Of a stretch of DNA of 64,000 bases, positions 27,693 through 40,320 are shown piece by piece; within the stretch, counting starts at the first letter, position 1, and each line of letters begins with the position of its first letter. Source of the DNA: Schizosaccharomyces osmophilus (taxonomy: Eukaryota). The position numbers were made by a program, and so were the translations under genes. The stretch is taken from positions 930,001 through 994,000 of the forward strand of contig NC_079238.1 in NCBI RefSeq assembly GCF_027921745.1. The letters are read 5' to 3'. Under the pieces are notes generated by a model. That model was not told the origin of the DNA. It made no database searches and was given only the letters and a program-made list of their open reading frames with translations.

Positions 27693-28357
27693 TTTCTCTT
27701 ATACAAAAGAAAACGAAAACCTACTAGTTCATCTTTGACGAAATGGTATCGCTGGCGAACAGGCTAATGAAGGTTTGAAAGACTTCTTGTTTTGCTACAA
27801 GTATTCATATTTATTTTTATATCTATTTATATTTATTCTTTTCCTTTCAATTGCACAATTGCTTACTACAAGAACCACGACCACGCTCGTCTGTAAGTGC
27901 CATTCATCTCAACGTCATGTTCCTTTTGCTTGCCTTTGCCATTGTAAGATTCGGTGAATCAATCTGTATCTCAAATTTGTTGCCCATCCTTGACATCATT
28001 GCCTGCTGAATCGAGGCTTGGTGTGATCGAAAATCTACTTTTATACCACTTCAGGTACTCCTGTTCGCTTTAATCTTTGCCATTCCCATTCAACAACTCA
28101 TACTTTCATCTTCCTCTTCCCCCATCGAATTCACTCTCTCCCTCTTCATTTCCAAGTGAAATCTTTTGTTTTCCAACCTTTCTCTAATTGATTTGCTTTT
28201 CACAAGGTTTTTCTCTTTACTTTACTCTACTCTGCTATTTAATTTTTGATTTTTTGATTTTTTGACTTTCTGATTTTCTGAGTTTTATTTTCAATTTCAA
28301 TTTCAATTGCTCTATTTGTACTTCCTTTCAAGCTTTCTGCTTTTCTTCCAGCCAGCT

Positions 28358-29794
28358 ATGCTCTCCACGACGCCCATCATCACCCCTACTGAAGACGACA
28401 GTACGGAGCAAGATTTAATCTCCAATATACCAGGTGCATACACTGAATTCACCCAGCAGCACAAACCAAAATCTCTTGCTACCGCCGCCAACTTTCAAAC
28501 TCTTCCTAAACTTCACCATGAAACTCCTTTTCAGTCTCATACTGCTTTGCCCCCTCCCGGCAATGACTATGATTATGACTATGATATTGACGACGACGAT
28601 TTCGACCGCTCCTCCTCGTACAGTCACTTGACCGACGAGTACCACGGTGATCGCGATCCCAGAGACTATTACGGCGATCTCGCCATGTACGCTTCTCTCC
28701 ACCACCATGGTGACATGCAGGACATCCCACGGTTTCACGACAAACCATCTGCTTCCCGAAAAGGAAATCAGGCGAAAAGCCCTATTACTGCTTATCCCCA
28801 TGCAGATCCCCACGACAGTAATCTCAATTACGAAATGGGCGACTCTCAAACTCTCCCAATGACCGAAAGCTTTGCTGATTTACTGGACCCTCACGCCCAT
28901 TCTTCTGATCACAGCCATGAAGACGCTTTTGGCAACTCACACACAGACCGCGGCTTTACTTATCCCCCCAATATGCCCGCTTTTAATTTCTCCACCATCA
29001 ACCATTCCTCCTCTGGCTTCAATTCTTCTTCCTCTAATGTCCAGATGAATTTCGTCAATGGTGAACCGGTGTTTCCTCGCGCCACCTCCAGTACGTACAA
29101 TCCCGAAGCGGACGCTGTCTCTAACCTCTCCTCAAAGTCCTTTGTAAATCAAGAGTATGTCATGGGTGGAAACCAACACAAGGGCAATCAAGCGCAACCT
29201 CAGTATGATGCCGTTTACGGCCCCCAAGTGAATCCAAAGTCGATTTCTGACCAACTCCTCGATGTTTTTCCTAAACCTTTCCGTCAAACCGAGGCATCCT
29301 CTTCATCGCCATCAACTTCAGATACCATGGAAGGCCAGCACGAGCAGGCCGAGGATCCAACTCAACCCGCGTCTCGTAACACTCAATCCAACTCTTACCC
29401 TCAAAGGAGGGGATTCCGACTTTCTCACGAAACCGATATCCTCTACAATGACGCTTCAGTTCGGCCTGTCCACACGTCTGTTGATAGCGGACCCAGGCGC
29501 TTTTCAAGCACAAAACGCACGCAGCAATCTGAGCCCAAGCGTTCCTCCGATGCAGCGCCCATTGAGGCCGCCCACCGATCGTTCATCCTGAACAATGACG
29601 ATGTCGATCCTACGCCTAGCATAGATTCTACCAGTCAGGAATCGCAAGATCCCACCGTCAATACACAATCCTCTAGCCCTTCCTACTGTCATAATGGAAG
29701 GCGCGTTCACAATAACACTTTGACACCTTATCCCTCTGTTTCCGACACTACTTCGATGGATGTGTCCTCGATAACGAGTTATGATCTTCGATAA
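28358..29794 (+). CDS. Low-complexity Ser/His/Asp-rich fission-yeast-specific protein (position fits S. pombe mug147)
   Basis: Long ORF from the first ATG (MLSTTP); identity inferred only from recalled gene order. Confidence 0.7.
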   Translation: MLSTTPIITPTEDDSTEQDLISNIPGAYTEFTQQHKPKSLATAANFQTLPKLHHETPFQSHTALPPPGNDYDYDYDIDDDDFDRSSSYSHLTDEYHGDRDPRDYYGDLAMYASLHHHGDMQDIPRFHDKPSASRKGNQAKSPITAYPHADPHDSNLNYEMGDSQTLPMTESFADLLDPHAHSSDHSHEDAFGNSHTDRGFTYPPNMPAFNFSTINHSSSGFNSSSSNVQMNFVNGEPVFPRATSSTYNPEADAVSNLSSKSFVNQEYVMGGNQHKGNQAQPQYDAVYGPQVNPKSISDQLLDVFPKPFRQTEASSSSPSTSDTMEGQHEQAEDPTQPASRNTQSNSYPQRRGFRLSHETDILYNDASVRPVHTSVDSGPRRFSSTKRTQQSEPKRSSDAAPIEAAHRSFILNNDDVDPTPSIDSTSQESQDPTVNTQSSSPSYCHNGRRVHNNTLTPYPSVSDTTSMDVSSITSYDLR

Positions 29795-30359
29795 CCAGAA
29801 TAAGTTCCTTTTGTTTTTTGTGCGTGTTTTTACGAATATCATTTATGAATCTCTTTCTTGTTGGTACCCGATTGGTGGTTTCTTCGTTCTTGAGATACCA
29901 TGTATTGTTTTGTTCATTTATGTATTTCATGATTTCTTTACGACGTTTGATGTTATTGAGTTAGGCTAGAGTTATTGGCTTACAATTTACTTTCATTTGT
30001 TTTGTAATCAATGAACTTTTTATTTGTTTTTTCCCGTTTCAAACCAAGTCAAGTGAAAGTTATTTAAACCTCCAAACTTATACTACCTATAGCTTGAGAT
30101 TCCCATATCATCGTCGTCGTTTCCGATCAAGTGGGTTTATTTTATTTATTTATATTTATATTTATTTTTATTTTTGTCTGATCGCAGTGTTTAACAACAT
30201 TCTTGTGGGCAAAGCCAGTGATGTCAAGGGACTCATCATATTAAATCATCTTTGTTCATGATGTCAAAGAAATAATACCTGGATTTTCTGGTATAAATAC
30301 TTGAATGCCTCGACATGTCTAACATCCTTCTATATTTAGATTTCTACTATCACTCTAAC

Positions 30360-30650
30360 ATGCAAAATTTAATGAACCTTGGAGGCCCTAAAGCCGGCTC
30401 TGGCGGCGGTGGAATTGCTGATGATCCTATGGGCTTCGCATCCCATGCCAACTCTGATTTGAAGCAAGCACAAACTATGAAGAAAATCAACGATGTGATC
30501 CCAGGAGACACGAAGCAAAAGATGGCTATTATGAACAAAATTAATGATGCTACCGGTGGTAATGCCATGAAGGTAATTATGCAAATCAAAGAGAGCTCTT
30601 CCTCTCCTCAAGAAGCTTTCAGCAAAATCCAGAGTCAATTCAAATTATAA
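30360..30650 (+). CDS. Small Schizosaccharomyces-specific protein (~96 aa; possibly tam13 ortholog); ATG at 30315 is an alternative start
   Basis: Protein-like ORF with internal MKKINDV/MNKINDA repeat, TATAAATA at ~30293, TGATGTCA CRE-like sites upstream. Confidence 0.65.
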   Translation: MQNLMNLGGPKAGSGGGGIADDPMGFASHANSDLKQAQTMKKINDVIPGDTKQKMAIMNKINDATGGNAMKVIMQIKESSSSPQEAFSKIQSQFKL

Positions 30651-31020
30651 ACATAAATTCATGCATCATCGCATCCTTTCGACCTTTTTCATATTTATAT
30701 AAATCCAAACATTTTCATGATTTGGTCCGTTATAACAACCTTGGTTGTTCTCTGACATATGTTATGATAGTTGCTTAGAAATCAAATGATGAATTCGTAA
30801 CCAACTTAGACTTGTTTTTTGTGAACGGATAAGTATTTCATACCAGTATTAGATCTATCTGATTTGTACTACTTGTCTACAATGCGTAGTAGTCGCTTCT
30901 ATCTTCTATCAAAATACATACATTATAATATTCCTAAAGCCATGTAAACCAGAAACCCAAAAAAACAAAATTTCACGTCCATCTATCTATCTTTCAATTT
31001 CTTACAGGAATTCGAGCAAT

Positions 31021-33369
31021 TTAACCACTCGATACCTTAGTGGAAACACCTTCAGCAAATTGATTGTAAAAGTCCAACATGCCTTGGTTAATTCCCTTTC
31101 TGAGTGCAAGCAACGCTTTTTCAAAATGTGCTTGTGTAATTTCCGTTGCTTCAACATTCTCGTGCATAGCAACTAACCCAGCATCTTGGCACAGAGCAAC
31201 TATTTCTGCTCCTGAACAACCCTCCGTGCGTAGCGCGATATCCTCCAAGTCGATGCCTTCAGTAAACTTCATCTGTCTGGTTTGAATCAGAAGAATCTGT
31301 CGACGTGCTTCAAAATTTGGTGGCCCAACATAAAATAGTCGATCCAATCTTCCAGGTCTCATCAAAGCCGGATCAATCACGTCCGGTCGATTCGTTGCTG
31401 CAAGAACAAGTACATTCTTCAACGCCTCTATACCATCCATCTCATTTAGTAATGCCGTAACAACTCGATCTCCACTGTGATCCCCACCTCTGCTGCCGGT
31501 CAGGGCGTCAATTTCGTCAAAAAAGATGACAGATGGACTCGCTTGCCGAGCTTTTTGGAAAAGCTGACGAACAGCTCGCTCACTTTCACCGATGTATTTG
31601 TTAAACAACTCAGGGCCCTTGACAGAAATAAAGTTCAATCCCGTTTCAGTCGCTATCGCCTTCGCAGTTAACGTCTTCGAACATCCAGGTGGACCGTACA
31701 GCAAGATTCCCTTAGGGGGACGCACGCCTAACCTAGAAAAAGTTTCTGGGTGCGTCAAAGGCCATTCGACTGATTCTTTTAATTTTTGCTTGACATCTTC
31801 CTGGCCTCCTATTTGTGACCACTTCACATTGGGTGACTCGATGATAAATTCCCGCATCGCACTTTGTCGCACCGAGGTCAACGCTAGTTCTACATCATCT
31901 AGCTCTACAGCCCCCGGGGTTTCCTTCGTAGTAGCGTCACCGGCCTCATTTCGTATTCTTAAAGCTCTCTTGATTGCGCGTAAAGCAGCCTCGCGAACAA
32001 CAGCGGTTAAATCAGCACCCACATAGGCATGAGTGCGACCAGCCAAATCTTCCATTTCTTCAGGGCTAAGTGTATTTGGAACATTTTCAAAAAGAAGCTT
32101 TAATATGTCCAAACGAGCATTCTTATCTGGTATTCCAACCTCAATCTCTTTCTCCAGCCGTCCTGGTCGTCGAAGAGCTTCATCTATAAAGTTTGGACGA
32201 TTCGTGGCCGCAAATACGGCCACCTTACCAGCACTTGACATGCCATCAAGCAAAGTTAGTAAACTTGCAACAGCTCTGCTTTCTGCTTCGCTAATATCAG
32301 CAGTTCGCTTAGGCGCAATTGCATCAACCTCATCAATAAATATAATAGATGGCTGCTGGGAGCGAGCATCATCAAAAATCTTTTTGAGTCTAGCTTCTGT
32401 TTCACCCATGTATTTGCCAACCACAGATGGACCATCAATCCGGAACACACGCGCATTTGTTTCAGCTGCTATTGCCCGTAAAATCATGGTTTTACCAGTT
32501 CCAGGAGGTCCATAAAGTAGAATACCTCGAGGAGGAGAAATGTGAAAATATTCAAATAATTCGGGACTTTGAAAAGGAAGTTCGATGACATCTCGAACTT
32601 GTTGTATCTGATGATCTAAACCTCCAATAGAGGAGAATGTTACAGGTGGAGATGAAGTCTCCTGCTGATTCTGAGATATTTCGACCACAGATGAGGAAAG
32701 TGAAGTTTGTGATTGAAACATTTCAGATTGAAAAGCACCTTCGACATCCATCTCGGAAGATGCAGTAAACCGATAAAGACGAGGTTCCTCCAAAGAAAGA
32801 TCAGATATTGCTTCCAACAGGTTGCTGGGAGAACGGACGTGAATTTCATCAACTTTAATGCAGCCCGGTGGGAAACTATCACCATCATGTTGTAAATGGT
32901 TACTGATTGATGGAGGGACTGAACCAGGTATTAATGATTTTGTTGTGTTTGAGCTTTGTGCTGAATAAAGCATGCCCAGATGCACATAACGCATTTCCAG
33001 TAGGGTCTTCTTGATCTCAGATTCCGAAAAAGGGGTTCCTTCTGAATTTGGACCACAGGTTATCTTTAAACTTTCTACATCCTTCAATGGATGAGCGTAT
33101 TTAACGGCGTTTACTCGCTGACCAACTTTTACATTTGCCCATTCCGCGAACTGCGAGCTGATCCCTACTTCAAAGGGACCCAAATTGACTCCTCGTGGGA
33201 CTTGGACAATACCAATTGACGAACCATCATAATGTTTTACAGAAACGAGCTGTTTCTGAACGAATCCCAGTCGTTTTAAAGCTGCAGGAGAAAAATACAC
33301 ATATCGAAGATCCCTCCAAGAACCATCTCCTTCTATCAACTTTACCGATAGTTTAATGGGAACAGACAT
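31021..33369 (-). CDS. afg2: AAA ATPase Afg2/Drg1 (ribosome biogenesis)
   Basis: Two AAA modules: GPPGTGKT and the Afg2-typical GPPGCSKT; IFIDEVD / IFFDEID Walker B. Confidence 0.9.
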   Translation of the reverse strand: MSVPIKLSVKLIEGDGSWRDLRYVYFSPAALKRLGFVQKQLVSVKHYDGSSIGIVQVPRGVNLGPFEVGISSQFAEWANVKVGQRVNAVKYAHPLKDVESLKITCGPNSEGTPFSESEIKKTLLEMRYVHLGMLYSAQSSNTTKSLIPGSVPPSISNHLQHDGDSFPPGCIKVDEIHVRSPSNLLEAISDLSLEEPRLYRFTASSEMDVEGAFQSEMFQSQTSLSSSVVEISQNQQETSSPPVTFSSIGGLDHQIQQVRDVIELPFQSPELFEYFHISPPRGILLYGPPGTGKTMILRAIAAETNARVFRIDGPSVVGKYMGETEARLKKIFDDARSQQPSIIFIDEVDAIAPKRTADISEAESRAVASLLTLLDGMSSAGKVAVFAATNRPNFIDEALRRPGRLEKEIEVGIPDKNARLDILKLLFENVPNTLSPEEMEDLAGRTHAYVGADLTAVVREAALRAIKRALRIRNEAGDATTKETPGAVELDDVELALTSVRQSAMREFIIESPNVKWSQIGGQEDVKQKLKESVEWPLTHPETFSRLGVRPPKGILLYGPPGCSKTLTAKAIATETGLNFISVKGPELFNKYIGESERAVRQLFQKARQASPSVIFFDEIDALTGSRGGDHSGDRVVTALLNEMDGIEALKNVLVLAATNRPDVIDPALMRPGRLDRLFYVGPPNFEARRQILLIQTRQMKFTEGIDLEDIALRTEGCSGAEIVALCQDAGLVAMHENVEATEITQAHFEKALLALRKGINQGMLDFYNQFAEGVSTKVSSG

Positions 33370-34643
33370 CCCAATATGAACTGTTAAACCTTCTGCCTTG
33401 GTTTATGGCTGATGACAAAAGTATTTCTTGGTATACGGAAGCACACTCAACCTCTTAAAATAGTAAACATTGAAAGATTCACAAATTCATTCAAAGTCTT
33501 CGTTTTCAGGTGTTTACGAGATACAAATCCAAATGAAGCTTTAAAAAATTAAAAACAATTCATCTAATTTATAAGGAACTAAATTGAAGGATACTTACTG
33601 AACGGAGTTATTTATTAACAGTAGTAAGGTATTTTTTAAGATATAACCAGTAAGAAATCCAGAATTACAAAACATGCGTTAACAAGAACACACACTTTTC
33701 TTTATATATCTGTCGGCTCTATTTAAGTTTCTAAAATTGAAATTGAAACGAAAGACGACAAAATACATCTTTAGCTACAAAATGAATAGATTCCAAATAT
33801 ACCATAGTCATGTTATCGAAGATATTATGGGTAATAAAACGAAAATAAACAGGCACGAAAGAACAGTAAAGATTATATAAGATAATAAACAATTTAATAT
33901 GAACATATCAAATACCAGCATTGCACTGTAACAAAAGAAGTATAATACAACCCAGGGTATTTGACAAGAAACAAAAATAATGGTCCACAATAAAGACTTC
34001 ATACTTTCCAAACATTCCAAGATGCAAAAGAAATAAAGGTATTAGGGTATTAACAATAATAGGAAAAGTAACAACGCCCACAAACAAGAAAAACAATAAA
34101 CGACAGTTTGTATGTATATATTTATAACGCTTGATTTTTTTTTGTAAACCATCTGCCTTCAGGGCAAAATTGTGCTAGAAACCAAAAAAAATATAATCCT
34201 CAATCACCAGCATTTCAATAACCCAGACTCCAGACGATTTGACAGTTTTATATAAGAAAAAGACATAACACCAAAACTCCTTCATAGCAAAACATACATG
34301 AATTGCAACCTAAACAAACCACAATCCTAACAACACTTGAAAAAAAAGACAGCTTAATAATAGTAGGATTGATTGAACAATTGTGAACGAAAAATCACAC
34401 CTGCTCATATTAAGCATCGTAAATAACTCTAGCACAGCATAACTCCAAAACCATCCTCAAAAATAAAAAGAATTAAAGAAATTAATTTAGTCTCCTTCCT
34501 TTGAAATCCCACAAGTAAACTTTTAACAATATTAGATAATAAAGAATGATGCTTGGTTTATTATATAAAGAAAGGTAAAACGAAGAGACCATAACATGTT
34601 CGTATTTACACAAAAACGTAAGAGGCAATTGTCAAACGAAAGA

Positions 34644-36650
34644 CTAATTAAAACGAAGCTCACCTTGTCTAGGCAATAATGACTGCTGGAGGCGAGGGTA
34701 TGTTCCCGGAAAAACTTTCGGGAGCTTTGCTGAAACTCTGGGTAATCCATAATCAGTACCAATAGCAGGATTCATGATTTGAGAAGCATATGGATAAGCA
34801 GGCATTGTAAGCTTTCCGGTAGGAGCCTCACGGCGCAGCAGAGGGGAAACAGGGTTCAACAAGGAACCACCGCTAAGACTCGCAGACTTCGCCAAAGTAG
34901 GGTTCACTAAAGAGGACGTGTCTAAACCGGATGAACCAGACTTTGCGTTCTCATTACGAGGGGTTTGAAGAAGCAAGTTGGACTTACGGCTTGCTGCACC
35001 ATTGCTATTACCAAGTCCCGCTGTTGGGGCAGCAGCGGGTTGATAAGCTGAGTAAGCAGGTGTTGCATCAATAGAAGGAGGAACGCCATTCAAAAGACCA
35101 TTTGAGGGAGATAAAGTAAGCGAGCCAAAATCCCGAGTCAATCTTGAAGAAGCACTATCCAACGAAGGTGCAGTCATAGAAATACCACTCAAAGCAGGCG
35201 ATAAACTTTTGCTTGTCATTCCAACTTCTTCCATCAATCTGTAGTAAAGAGGGGTAGGTTGCACATGCAAATTATTAAGAACGCGCTTGATCACCATATG
35301 AAATTGAGTCAAGTATTCATGGCCGATTGATGGATAAGTAATGACTTTGTGAACAAAAGAGGGACCCACTGCCTGATCTTGCAATATATATGTAAGGACG
35401 CTATCATTTTCAGAGAAAAAGATATTCTTGAGCAAGAGATTCCGAGACTCGGGTTCCTGCTTGTTGTTGATTAACTTGAAAATGAGGGTAGAAGCAAGTT
35501 TGTGAGTGCACGTTGTATGTAAATGAGCTGCAAGGTGAATGGCTAAAAGACGATGTCTATTCTTAAAGAAAGAGTTGTCTAAAAGCCAAGTTAGGAGAAG
35601 CATGCCATTGGTATTAATGGCAAGTAAGTGAGAGTTGATAATGATAGCAGCAACAACAAGAGCTTGCTGCTCAAAAGTAGCATGCTCATTCTCCAAACAA
35701 GCACGAATAGCTCTAGCACCAAAGCGGCTTTGCCCAATTTCGCAACAATGCCTGGCCATGGTTTCGAAAAGAAAGCAGTTATTAGGGTATCTGAAATGCA
35801 AGCAGCATTGTGCCACATAATTGCCAAATTGATCGAAATATAGTAATGCAGCATAAGGGCGAAGATGTGCAACGATCAGCTCCATTTGAAAATCGGTAGA
35901 TGCGACATCAATGATCTTTTGCGCAGCCCATGTGCCGTTCTTGTGAATACCTATGGCAGCAAGGTATGGAGCGATACGCTCAAGCATAGCCTCCTTGACA
36001 GGATCAGAACAGTATTCGAAAAATTTTTGTATAACTGTGTTACCAAGATAATCACTTGATAGTTCAGCTACATCGTCTAGCATGCTAGTAGCAATAACTT
36101 CAATTTCCTCTTGTGTATAAAACCCACTGTCGATATTCTTTCGGATTTCACGAAGTTTTGACGCCTCGAATTGTCTCGACCGTAAAGTTTCAAGAGAAGG
36201 ACGAATTTCCGTAGCAACCTGACTTTTTTCAATGGCGCTGGCAATCATTGATTCAACCGTCTCTAAATTAATTTTCATTTCAAATTGCTTGGCAATTTCT
36301 AATAAATCAAGACGATTTTTTAAAAGAAAGTTAGCGGCTGCAGTGGAATGCGACCGGAGCACTGGCTCTTTGGGTTGAGCAAAAGAGACTGTCGAAGAAG
36401 CAGGACTGCTGTTCTCAAAGCTAGACGTTGGCCTAGCAAGGATAACTTGAATAGGACCATGATTCTCAAAAACAGCGCGATTATGTAAAGCATCCCTAGC
36501 AATTATTGCTGACCCCAAGGACTCATAGCTTACAATGGCCGAATTATCTGGCGACAGCATCCATACATCTTTTACTTTACCGTAGGACGAAAAAAGTGCA
36601 TGCATAGCACCACTAGAGGTCCCTACGGGTAATTTCGACACATACAGCAT
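34644..36650 (-). CDS. puf1: Pumilio-family RNA-binding protein with RRM (Puf1/Jsn1 type)
   Basis: N-terminal RRM (MLYVSKLP), PUF repeats (SDYLGNTVIQK, HKNGTWAAQK, DQFGNYVAQC). Confidence 0.85.
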   Translation of the reverse strand: MLYVSKLPVGTSSGAMHALFSSYGKVKDVWMLSPDNSAIVSYESLGSAIIARDALHNRAVFENHGPIQVILARPTSSFENSSPASSTVSFAQPKEPVLRSHSTAAANFLLKNRLDLLEIAKQFEMKINLETVESMIASAIEKSQVATEIRPSLETLRSRQFEASKLREIRKNIDSGFYTQEEIEVIATSMLDDVAELSSDYLGNTVIQKFFEYCSDPVKEAMLERIAPYLAAIGIHKNGTWAAQKIIDVASTDFQMELIVAHLRPYAALLYFDQFGNYVAQCCLHFRYPNNCFLFETMARHCCEIGQSRFGARAIRACLENEHATFEQQALVVAAIIINSHLLAINTNGMLLLTWLLDNSFFKNRHRLLAIHLAAHLHTTCTHKLASTLIFKLINNKQEPESRNLLLKNIFFSENDSVLTYILQDQAVGPSFVHKVITYPSIGHEYLTQFHMVIKRVLNNLHVQPTPLYYRLMEEVGMTSKSLSPALSGISMTAPSLDSASSRLTRDFGSLTLSPSNGLLNGVPPSIDATPAYSAYQPAAAPTAGLGNSNGAASRKSNLLLQTPRNENAKSGSSGLDTSSLVNPTLAKSASLSGGSLLNPVSPLLRREAPTGKLTMPAYPYASQIMNPAIGTDYGLPRVSAKLPKVFPGTYPRLQQSLLPRQGELRFN

Positions 36651-37995
36651 TGTGGTTGTGCTGAAGAAAAAAATGCGCAAAAATCCTTGACAATATACAA
36701 AAATTCTCGTTTACCCTATAATGCTGTGCACTATTGTGGATAACGATCTCTAAGGTACCTACGGTAATTTCTGTAGGAAAGAGAACGGTTCGAGAAAAAA
36801 AGCGAAAAAAGCAAGGAATTGAAAAGATTGACGCGTCTCTAAGGTTTGTTGTCTAATAATTAATCTGTTCGACCTCCTTTTAAGCTTCTTTGTACGGTCC
36901 AAGAGAGCTAAAAAGCAAATCTCACAAGCTCGAGCTTTTTTAGCTGCTGAGCAGAGGTAAAAGAAAAGGAAGCTCTTCTTTTTTCAGTAATACAATGAAT
37001 TCGTTAAAAACCGCGCAAAAAACCTCTAAATGTTGTGTTTCCCCTCTGTTTCCCAGTATAGGTGGTGAACAACTGCGTACTCGTATATACACAAAATGGC
37101 AAACCAAACTGTTTTCTAAATGCTAGCAACTTGGCATATTCGGTATATAACTACCATATCCGTTAAATCGTTTAAAGACGTCTCCTTTGGCTGGCTTACA
37201 AAACAACAACGAAACAGAATTATAAGTTTATGTAGCATTAAAAAATGCAGGTTGTTTATGGCGTGAAGATGGTTTTATTCTATTCTATTAATTTAAAGAA
37301 CTTCTTGTTCAATCGTTCATAATGGAGTAAAGCTTCTGAAAAACACAAATGTCAAGGGACTATGGTTCATATCTATGAGTTAGGAACATCTTTCTCGAAA
37401 AAGATCCATGAATCGGTCAACTTTTTTTTTATTTTAATAAAATTTACTTAGTTTTTATTTTTTTGCCCAGTTCTACCGTTCAGGAAGAGACATTTCTGAA
37501 AACATATTTATATTCATATAGTCGACATATAGGAATATGCTTTGAATACACGGCACCAGAAGCATATACCCTTACAAATATCATGAACAAATATGAATGG
37601 AATAGAGTATCATGGAGGAGAATAAAACACTCAATTCTGTATATATATACTCAGAAGGAAGACTGTCGTATACTACTTTTCTACTCTTTCCATTCTTTCA
37701 TGTATACATACACATCGTTCTATACTGACGCATAGTACAACAAATTCGATCTAACATATGTATTTATTCAAAATAGTTTAAAGAAACAGCATCAACAAAA
37801 AAAAACCAAAAATTCCATAGAAACGCTCCGAGGTGTTTGAATATTACAGGACATTAGCAAACCCTCATTGACCAAAACTGTTTCGTAGAAAGTCTAAAAG
37901 AAACAACGAATCCAAGGTTAATGTTACTTGACAAAAAACAACACCAACAACAACTAAAAGCACCTCACAAAAAATAAAATCACTACAGAACAGAT

Positions 37996-39255
37996 TTAAG
38001 GCAAACGTGATTTCTGGTATTTAACCGCCTCTTGCATATAGTTATCAAAGAGGTAGTGGGTATCCATAGGACCACCACGAGCTTCAGGATGGAATTGAAC
38101 AGAAGAAATAGGGCGAGTAGTATGGGAAATACCTTCATTAGATTGGTCATTTAAATTAACCCATGTAGACTTCCAATCTGCAGGAAGGGATGCGATATCA
38201 ACGGCATAACCATGGTTTTGGGAAGTAATGTGGCAGTTACCACTAGCAATATCGAAAGCAGGAATGTTATGACCACGGTTTCCGTACTTGAGCTTAATAG
38301 TCTTAGCACCAGCGGCCAATGCAAGGACTTGGTGACCCATGCAAATACCCATAATAGGTCCATTGTAGGTGTTCATTAATTGACGAAGATTGCTGACAGT
38401 CTTGGTAAGGTGAGTAGGGTCACCAGGGCCATTGGTTAAGAAAACACCATCGTAGTTGCTAGCAATGTTTTGGATAGGGTAATCATAGGGGAAAACGGTA
38501 ACACTAGCACCACGACTGACAAGGGAACGGAGAATGTTTTCCTTGACACCACAGTCAATAACGGCAACATTCAACATTCCGTCACCACCGCTAATGAAGA
38601 AAGGCTCACGAGTAGAAACTTGACTAACCAAATTGACGGCACTGGGATCAGCGAAAGCTTCATCGTCATTAGCATCGTATTCTTCACCGATGCTGATTTT
38701 AGCAAGACTACTACCTTGTTCACGCAAGAAAGTAACGATAGCACGGGTATCTACGCCAGAAATGGCAGCAACACCTTCACGGGCACACCATTCACCAAGA
38801 GATTCAACAGCAGTCCAGTGAGAGTACTTGGTAGCATAGTCGTTTACAACTACACCAGCACATTGAATGTGTGGAGATTCAAAGTGGCGAAGAAGACCGT
38901 GTTCATCACGCTTCGAACCACTTGGAACACCATAATTGCCAATCAATGGTTGAGTAAAGACCAAAATCTGTTGTTTGTAGGAAGGATCGGTCATAGATTC
39001 GACATATCCGACAGGAGAAGTGGTAAAGACAGCTTCACCAGAGATGTTACGGTTGGCACCAAAAGAAGTTCCATGGAAAATGGGACCGTTACGGATAGTA
39101 AGGGTAGCAATGTCGTTCGTAGTTTGTGGTGTAGGAAAGGGAGTTTGCTTGGGTAAAATACGTTCATAGTTGGTAACAGGAGGGAGCTTGGAATAGAAGC
39201 GTTGCCCACATCGGAGAGAAGTATTCAAAATAGAAGGCTTCAAATAACGAAACAT
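37996..39255 (-). CDS. arg5: Arginine-specific carbamoyl-phosphate synthase small subunit, mitochondrial
   Basis: [39 protein letters not shown]; presequence-like MFRYLKPS. Confidence 0.95.
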   Translation of the reverse strand: MFRYLKPSILNTSLRCGQRFYSKLPPVTNYERILPKQTPFPTPQTTNDIATLTIRNGPIFHGTSFGANRNISGEAVFTTSPVGYVESMTDPSYKQQILVFTQPLIGNYGVPSGSKRDEHGLLRHFESPHIQCAGVVVNDYATKYSHWTAVESLGEWCAREGVAAISGVDTRAIVTFLREQGSSLAKISIGEEYDANDDEAFADPSAVNLVSQVSTREPFFISGGDGMLNVAVIDCGVKENILRSLVSRGASVTVFPYDYPIQNIASNYDGVFLTNGPGDPTHLTKTVSNLRQLMNTYNGPIMGICMGHQVLALAAGAKTIKLKYGNRGHNIPAFDIASGNCHITSQNHGYAVDIASLPADWKSTWVNLNDQSNEGISHTTRPISSVQFHPEARGGPMDTHYLFDNYMQEAVKYQKSRLP

Positions 39256-40320
39256 TTTCGACAACAAAGGTTTCGTAACACCAGACGATACGGAGAGAAA
39301 ATAATTAAACAAAGTAATTCTAATAGACAAAAAAAAATCAAATAGTTTCCTTGATCCCTTTTTCTCCAACTTTCAAGCACCGCGTGTTGTGATAAAACGA
39401 AGCTGAAAGCTAAAGTATTCTTTATACGAGAAATATCCTCTATAAAAAAATGCGACTCCAAAAAATCAAGAATAGTCGCTAATTAAACGAAAGAAAAGCC
39501 TCAATCCCTATAATATCCAGAATTGACCTGTCAAGGGAAAATGGTGGTAGTAAAGGCGAAGTTTGTGATTGATGGTATATTTACATGTTGGCAAATACTG
39601 ATCTGCATGGCGATCTAACGATCCTAATTAGATTGCCAAGATAAAAATGCCTCCCATACAGAAACAATTTTTTTTTTAAATTAACGGTATTATATAGTAA
39701 TATAATTATAAGTATAGTTTAATAAAATCAGTATATAACTATCTGAGGCAATTCCCCTAGCAATCGGCTTCTTCATAGGCCAGCAGGTTTTACGAATGCC
39801 TTTTCTAGTTCTTAAAATTAGAATATGAACAAAAGAGAACTACACGGGAACTCATTATCAAGCTAGCTTCATTTCACGAGATCGAGTTTGAAGCAGCTGT
39901 TGGAAAAAATAAAATAAAATAAAATAAAGCATTTTTTATATGCAATGGTCATAACACTGATGATACAGTGTCAGCGATTACTTTTGTCCACTTGTAAAAC
40001 CAAGAACCAAGCGAACCTGTAATATATTATGTAAGGAACCAAGAAAACAAACATGAAAAACGAGAGACGATACATTTGCGGGGAAACCATGCAAGATAAT
40101 TAACTATAATAGATCTTTCTAAATCATTCTCTTGCGTAGTAGAAACGAAGAATTAGTAAAAGTGAGAGAGAAGGAGCGATTCTCATTCAGGGTTCTCAAA
40201 TTTTGGTTCTTTGGTACAACCTATTTCATTTCAATAAACACAATGCACCAAACGTACCACTAAGAAAAAGAGCAGTGCACGTTCACACAAAACCAGCAAC
40301 CATGAATGGATTGAAAATCA

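Noticed and set aside
39256..39600. Arginine attenuator peptide uORF upstream of arg5, as in S. cerevisiae CPA1 and N. crassa arg-2
   Set aside because: On the minus strand I found no upstream ATG ORF other than an immediate ATG-TAA near 39585, and no DYxSDHxW-like peptide
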